In this document: positions 38,368-42,302 of the stretch, piece by piece
How the letters are laid out: each line of letters opens with the position of its first letter
Numbering within the stretch: position 1 is the stretch's first letter
Virus record (IMG/VR): IMGVR_UViG_3300006201_000047
Source: a virus
DNA length: 42,302 nucleotides
Direction: 5' to 3' (one strand)
Notes under the pieces: model-generated
Told to the model about the DNA's origin: nothing
Databases searched by the model: none
The model's input: only the letters and a program-made list of their open reading frames with translations
Made by a program: the position numbers and the translations under genes

Positions 38368-38446
38368 TGAAGCGTAGCCTAACGGATAGAGCGACCATTG
38401 CTTTAACAGGCAAGGGAAGATGTTGGTTCGATTCCAGCCGCTTCAA
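38368..38446 (+). tRNA. tRNA-like gene (79 nt) with an irregular anticodon arm; anticodon unresolved
   Basis: Perfect 7-bp acceptor TGAAGCG/CGCTTCA, a D-arm with GG, and T-arm GTTGG-TTCGATT-CCAGC. The anticodon region only folds with a bulge and an 8-nt loop, TTTAACAG. Confidence 0.6.
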
Positions 38447-38531
38447 TTTTGGACAAGCCAAGTCCTACAAAATGGCAGACCGTTGGTGGACGGTTACACA
38501 CCTATAAATAACCTAATAACGGAGGGAATAC

Positions 38532-39149
38532 ATGAAAACAGATGAATTAAAGGCTTGGGGGCTGACAGATGAACAGTCCGAAAAGGTTATGGCGCAGTAT
38601 GGGAAGGACGTTTCCAAATTGCAGAAAGAGAATGAGAATCTGACCGCTGACCGTGACAAGGAGAAGGAGCGGGCTGACACCGCAGAGGAAACGCTGAAAA
38701 AGTTTGACGGCGTGGACGTGGAAACCATGCAGGCAGAGCTTGCAACATGGCAGCAGAAAGCAAAGGACGCTGAAAAGGATTATGCGGACAAGCTGGCGCA
38801 GCGTGATTTCGAGGACGCTTTGAAAGAGGAAATCAGCAGCTACAAGTTCACTTCCGAAGCGGCAAAAGAAGCAATCATGGCAAGAATCAGAGGAGCCGGA
38901 CTGAAAGTAAAGGACGGAAAAATTTTAGGACTGTCTGACTTGCTGGCGCAGATGAAAGAGAAAGACGCTTCCGCTTTTGTTGACGAAAAGCAGGAAGAAC
39001 TTGAAGCAGGACGGGCGAAACCGTTCACGGGGCCGCTGAATCCGAATGGCGGCGGCGCAAAGAAAATGACAAGGGAGGAAATCTTCGGCATTAAAGACAG
39101 GACAGAAAGGCAGAAAGCCATAGCCGAGAATCTCTCTGAATTTCAGTAA
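38532..39149 (+). CDS. Scaffolding protein (205 aa)
   Basis: Highly charged coiled-coil protein directly upstream of the major capsid gene. It resembles GP20/DUF4355-type scaffolds. Confidence 0.75.
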   Translation: MKTDELKAWGLTDEQSEKVMAQYGKDVSKLQKENENLTADRDKEKERADTAEETLKKFDGVDVETMQAELATWQQKAKDAEKDYADKLAQRDFEDALKEEISSYKFTSEAAKEAIMARIRGAGLKVKDGKILGLSDLLAQMKEKDASAFVDEKQEELEAGRAKPFTGPLNPNGGGAKKMTREEIFGIKDRTERQKAIAENLSEFQ

Positions 39150-39161
39150 AGGAGAATAATA

Positions 39162-40142
39162 ATGGCAGAAATTACAACGGCGGCACATGAGAATTTAATT
39201 AAAAGTGCTGACATACAGGTTACATCAAGAAAAATCGACTTTGTAACGCAGTTCGCCCGTAACTGGGAAGCGTTACAGGAAGTTATGGGTATTACACGCC
39301 CTATTGAGAAGCCGAACGGCACAGAACTCACGTCAAAGTACGCAGAGGGTGAGTTACAGGACGGAAAAGTCGGCGAGGGTGAGTTTATTCCCCGTTCCCA
39401 CTTTACCGTAAAAGAAAAGCCGTATGCAAAGATTACGGTTGAGAAGTATGCAAAAGAGGTATCTATCGAAGCAGTCGCAGAACACGGAGAGGAAGCGGCT
39501 ATCAACATGACAGACGAAGAGTTTCTTGTCGAGTTGCAGGAAAACGTGACCGGCAGATTTTACGACTACCTCAAGACAGGCACAATGACATTCGAGGAAA
39601 AGACTTTTCAGATGGCTTTCGCTATGGCTCTTGGCAAGGTGAAGGACAAGTTCAAGAAAATGCACAGGAACGTTACCGGAATTGCGGTATTTGTAAATAC
39701 ACTTGACTTGTACGCATATCTTGGCAGTTCCGAAATTACCATGCAGACGGCTTTCGGTTTTACCTATCTGAAAAACTTTCTCGGCGCAGAACTGACTTTC
39801 GTTTCCAGCGAGATTCCGAGAGGGCAGATGATTGCAACGCCTATCAATAATATTGTTTCCTACTATGTAAATCCACAGAACAGCGGATTTGCAAAACTTG
39901 GATTGCATTACACCACAGATGGCGTGACAAATCTGATTGGTTTTGCGGTAGCAGGAGATTATGACCGAGCAACAGGCGTTTCATATGCTCTGATGGGCTT
40001 TACACTCTTTGCAGAATACATTGACGCTATTGCGGTTGTAACAATCAACCCAAACAGCACAAACCCGGAATCTGAAAATGTTACCCCGGTAACTCCGACG
40101 GCAAAAACCGCAAAAGCGGCAAAAGAGAGCAATCTCTCATAA
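39162..40142 (+). CDS. Major capsid protein (326 aa)
   Basis: Follows the scaffold gene. Size and composition are typical of SPP1 gp13-like HK97-fold capsid proteins. RBS AAGGAG is present. Confidence 0.8.
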   Translation: MAEITTAAHENLIKSADIQVTSRKIDFVTQFARNWEALQEVMGITRPIEKPNGTELTSKYAEGELQDGKVGEGEFIPRSHFTVKEKPYAKITVEKYAKEVSIEAVAEHGEEAAINMTDEEFLVELQENVTGRFYDYLKTGTMTFEEKTFQMAFAMALGKVKDKFKKMHRNVTGIAVFVNTLDLYAYLGSSEITMQTAFGFTYLKNFLGAELTFVSSEIPRGQMIATPINNIVSYYVNPQNSGFAKLGLHYTTDGVTNLIGFAVAGDYDRATGVSYALMGFTLFAEYIDAIAVVTINPNSTNPESENVTPVTPTAKTAKAAKESNLS

Positions 40143-40151
40143 GGAGTAGGC

Positions 40152-40709
40152 ATGTACGCAGATTATACCTATTACCAAACTGAATACGGCGGAAAAATGT
40201 CTGCGGACGATTACAAGCGATTTAGTCGGAGGGCAGAACGCAGGATTGACGGCATAACCGGAAATAAACTGCAATTTGCCTTTCCGACCAATGAGCGAGA
40301 CGTGGAAGCGGTCAAGGATTGCGTTTGTGAAATGGCGGACTTCCTTTATCAGATTGACAGTTACAATGCCGCCGCTATGGAGAGCATGGGAACGGTGGCG
40401 CAGGCTGACGGGACGGTAAAGGGCAAGGTTATAACGTCCATTTCAAGCGGTTCTGAAAGCATTGGATATTCTGCCGCTGGTTCTGCCAGTACCGCCACAA
40501 TGGAGGCGGCAAAAGATAAGAAAGTGGCTGACGCTATGGTGTATGGTATTGTGCGTGACGGTTTGGGCGGCGTGCCGGACGCAAACGGTGTCAATCTTCT
40601 GTATGCCGGAATCCCCTACCCACGCCGCAATGCCCCGATAAGCAGGCCGCCGGAGGATAAGCCAGTGGATAAGCCAACGGAGCCAGAGGAAAGCGAGGGC
40701 GGCGAATAA
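40152..40709 (+). CDS. Head-tail connector / adaptor (gp6/gp15-like, 185 aa)
   Basis: The N-terminus YADYTYYQTEYGG...DDYKRFSRRAERRID is typical of DNA-packaging / head-tail connector proteins. It is the first gene after the capsid gene. Confidence 0.55.
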   Translation: MYADYTYYQTEYGGKMSADDYKRFSRRAERRIDGITGNKLQFAFPTNERDVEAVKDCVCEMADFLYQIDSYNAAAMESMGTVAQADGTVKGKVITSISSGSESIGYSAAGSASTATMEAAKDKKVADAMVYGIVRDGLGGVPDANGVNLLYAGIPYPRRNAPISRPPEDKPVDKPTEPEESEGGE

Positions 40710-40984
40710 TGGGAACTATATCACAAATGGCTGAAAAGTGCCAGAAATGCCCCAAGAGGGATAAATGCGACTACAAAAAAATGTGTGCTTGTGCATACAT
40801 TGATGAACCGCAGATTGCCAGAGAAGCCGGTATCAGTGCCGGAGTGAGCGCGGCGGCTCCTGCTTTGCGTGAAACCATGCAAATCAATGTCGGCGGCGTA
40901 ATGACTACCGTTTACAAAGATGAAATTGAAAAAGAGATATACAAGGCATTACGTGAGCCTTTTATGTTGAATTACGGAGCGTGA
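40709..40984 (+). CDS. Cys-rich small protein in the connector module (91 aa)
   Basis: CQKCPKRDKCDYKKMCAC. The ORF is translationally coupled. Confidence 0.55.
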   Translation: MGTISQMAEKCQKCPKRDKCDYKKMCACAYIDEPQIAREAGISAGVSAAAPALRETMQINVGGVMTTVYKDEIEKEIYKALREPFMLNYGA

Positions 40985-41463
40985 CCGCTATGGGAATAGG
41001 CTATGTTGACAGCGTTGTTGTCTATAATCGGTACATAAACGGTCTGATGGAAACCGAAACATATTTCGGCACACGGTTTGATAATGTGCGGATTGAGTTC
41101 ACGCAGGAAGAAAACCAGACCAGGGCAGGAAAAGAGAATGTAAGTACTTGTCTACTGAAAATCAAAAATAACAGCACACTTCCAAAGCCATTCAAAGACC
41201 CTAAAAAGTGGGAAAAGCTGACTACGGAAGAAATGCTTGAATACTTCACTCTGAATACTGGCGGTGATTTCTTCGTTATCGTGAAGCGAGAAGGACTTAA
41301 CCTTGACATTGAACCCCCTACTGGATTGATAGAAAGCAGTACAAGTGAACTTTACAACGGTAATTTCTTTGAGTACATGAAAGCGAATTACGGTTATGTG
41401 TATTCTTTGAATAGCTTTGCACAGCTTGATTTGATTCCGCATTTCCAAGTGGGTGGATTGTAA
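40981..41463 (+). CDS. Minor capsid / head-tail joining protein (160 aa; ATG at 40990 possible)
   Basis: The C-terminus FFEYMKANYGYVYSLNSFAQLDLIPHFQVGG resembles the minor-capsid family ending ...IPH.E.GG, from memory. Confidence 0.5.
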   Translation: MTAMGIGYVDSVVVYNRYINGLMETETYFGTRFDNVRIEFTQEENQTRAGKENVSTCLLKIKNNSTLPKPFKDPKKWEKLTTEEMLEYFTLNTGGDFFVIVKREGLNLDIEPPTGLIESSTSELYNGNFFEYMKANYGYVYSLNSFAQLDLIPHFQVGGL

Positions 41464-41537
41464 TATGGCTATGCGTTCAGCGTTGATACGGTGGACGTTT
41501 ATACCTTAATACCAAGATTTGAAATAGGAGGAAGATA

Positions 41538-41702
41538 ATGAATCCAGAAGAATTTTATAAAAGAATGGCAGAGTTGGCAGAAGATTATGACATAGAAGAC
41601 GGCCATTACACAATGGATATGCTTATGTGTGAAGTTCTTAAATCTCTTGGGTACGAGAAAGGTATTGAAGTGTTTGAAAATGTAGACAGATGGTATGCAT
41701 GA
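41538..41702 (+). CDS. Small ORF (54 aa; below the track cutoff)
   Basis: Hand translation: MNPEEFYKRMAELAEDYDIEDGHYTMDMLMCEVLKSLGYEKGIEVFENVDRWYA. RBS AGGAGGA is present. Confidence 0.5.
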   Translation: MNPEEFYKRMAELAEDYDIEDGHYTMDMLMCEVLKSLGYEKGIEVFENVDRWYA

Positions 41703-41717
41703 TGAAGGGAGTAGCCT

Positions 41718-41927
41718 ATGCCCGAAGAAATCAAAGAACGCCTGTCAAAAACGGAATATGATTTGGAATTTAGCAAAATAAATTTTGAAAAGTTAAGTAA
41801 TATTAAACCGACAGAAGATAACAGGGAATATAAAATCACCACAGGAGAACTCCCAGTAGAATTATTAAAGGCAGGTGTAAGTTATGGCAGAAGAGATAAA
41901 AGAAAGATTATCGAAAACGGAATATGA
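41718..41927 (+). CDS. Short protein sharing its first 15 residues with the next gene (69 aa)
   Basis: MPEEIKERLSKTEYD... compared with MAEEIKERLSKTEYD... at 41884. Its 3' end reads the start of the next gene out of frame. Confidence 0.45.
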   Translation: MPEEIKERLSKTEYDLEFSKINFEKLSNIKPTEDNREYKITTGELPVELLKAGVSYGRRDKRKIIENGI

Positions 41928-42302
41928 TAAGGTCGGGGAAATGCTGCTGGAACTGATTGCGGAGTGTCCGTTTATTCCAAAGGACGCAAAGATTAAGTAC
42001 AACTCTAAAGATGTTGGAAAGTGCGTGTATATCATAACTGCCGGGGGCGGAATAAAAAAATGGGACATTTCCGGAGGGTTTACGGCAGAGCTTAATATCC
42101 AGCTTGCCTACCAGAGCTTTCCAACCGGAAACGGACAGATGATAAATGCACAGTCCGTTTTGGATAATATTGCTGGCTGGCTGGAAGATGTAGAAAATCT
42201 TCCAAAATTAACAGGAAACAGAAAAATAACGAAGTTTACCGCAAGTGACAGTTTTTCAGCCGTTGAAGAAGTCGAGGGTGACAAAGCAACTGTCTATGTA
42301 TC
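41884..42302 (+). CDS. 5' part of the wrap-around minor-capsid / tail-joining gene (continues at 1-210)
   Basis: Open to the window end, in frame with 1-210 through the 173-bp overlap. Confidence 0.6.
   Translation, partial: MAEEIKERLSKTEYDKVGEMLLELIAECPFIPKDAKIKYNSKDVGKCVYIITAGGGIKKWDISGGFTAELNIQLAYQSFPTGNGQMINAQSVLDNIAGWLEDVENLPKLTGNRKITKFTASDSFSAVEEVEGDKATVYV
42130..42302. repeat. Terminal direct repeat, copy 2 (identical to 1-173)
   Basis: Base-by-base reading. Confidence 0.95.

Noticed and set aside
38368-38446. Suppressor tRNA implying stop-codon recoding of the phage
   Set aside because: Standard-code translation gives uninterrupted, motif-bearing ORFs throughout, including the late genes. 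A UUA anticodon reading requires a non-pairing anticodon stem.
38447-38531. A seventh copy of the TGGTACAA promoter (TTGGACAAGCC...) upstream of the scaffold gene
   Set aside because: The 10-mer has a deletion and no -10-like hexamer lies at the conserved N17 distance.

Overview
The window is one complete genome of a temperate siphovirus-type tailed phage from a low-GC Gram-positive, probably Clostridia-like, host. It has 42,129 unique bp, and bases 1-173 are repeated exactly at 42130-42302. Because attP is intact, this is the excised or virion form rather than an integrated prophage. The gene order runs as follows. Tail module (213-11945): major tail protein, chaperones, tape measure, Dit/Tal-like proteins and fibre. 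Lysis cassette (12007-13723): XhlA-like protein, holin and amidase endolysin. Minus-strand accessory operon and lysogeny block (13907-17590): HTH operon, attP, tyrosine integrase, membrane Zn-ribbon protein and cI-like repressor. Early region (17706-24263): cro-position gene, many small ORFs, annealing protein with a Cas4-like nuclease, RusA, a replisome organiser with iterons, and a RinA/ArpU-like regulator. Packaging and head module (25439-42302, wrapping to 210): fused TerS-TerL, portal, Mu-F/gp7-like protein, scaffold, major capsid and connectors. The unusual content is listed next. A radical-SAM gene plus a Lys-rich gene sit inside the tail operon. A ~7.6 kb cargo island splits the head operon and carries low-complexity Gly/Cys/Tyr/Gln-rich proteins, a truncated C5-methyltransferase-like cassette flanked by inverted repeats, a Gp37/Gp68 CX3CX2C protein and two tRNA-like RNAs. 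A non-canonical promoter motif (TGGTACAA-N18-TAnAAT) occurs six times. An orphan consensus promoter and terminator bracket a ~120-nt transcript. All family assignments come from motif recognition by eye; no database search was run.
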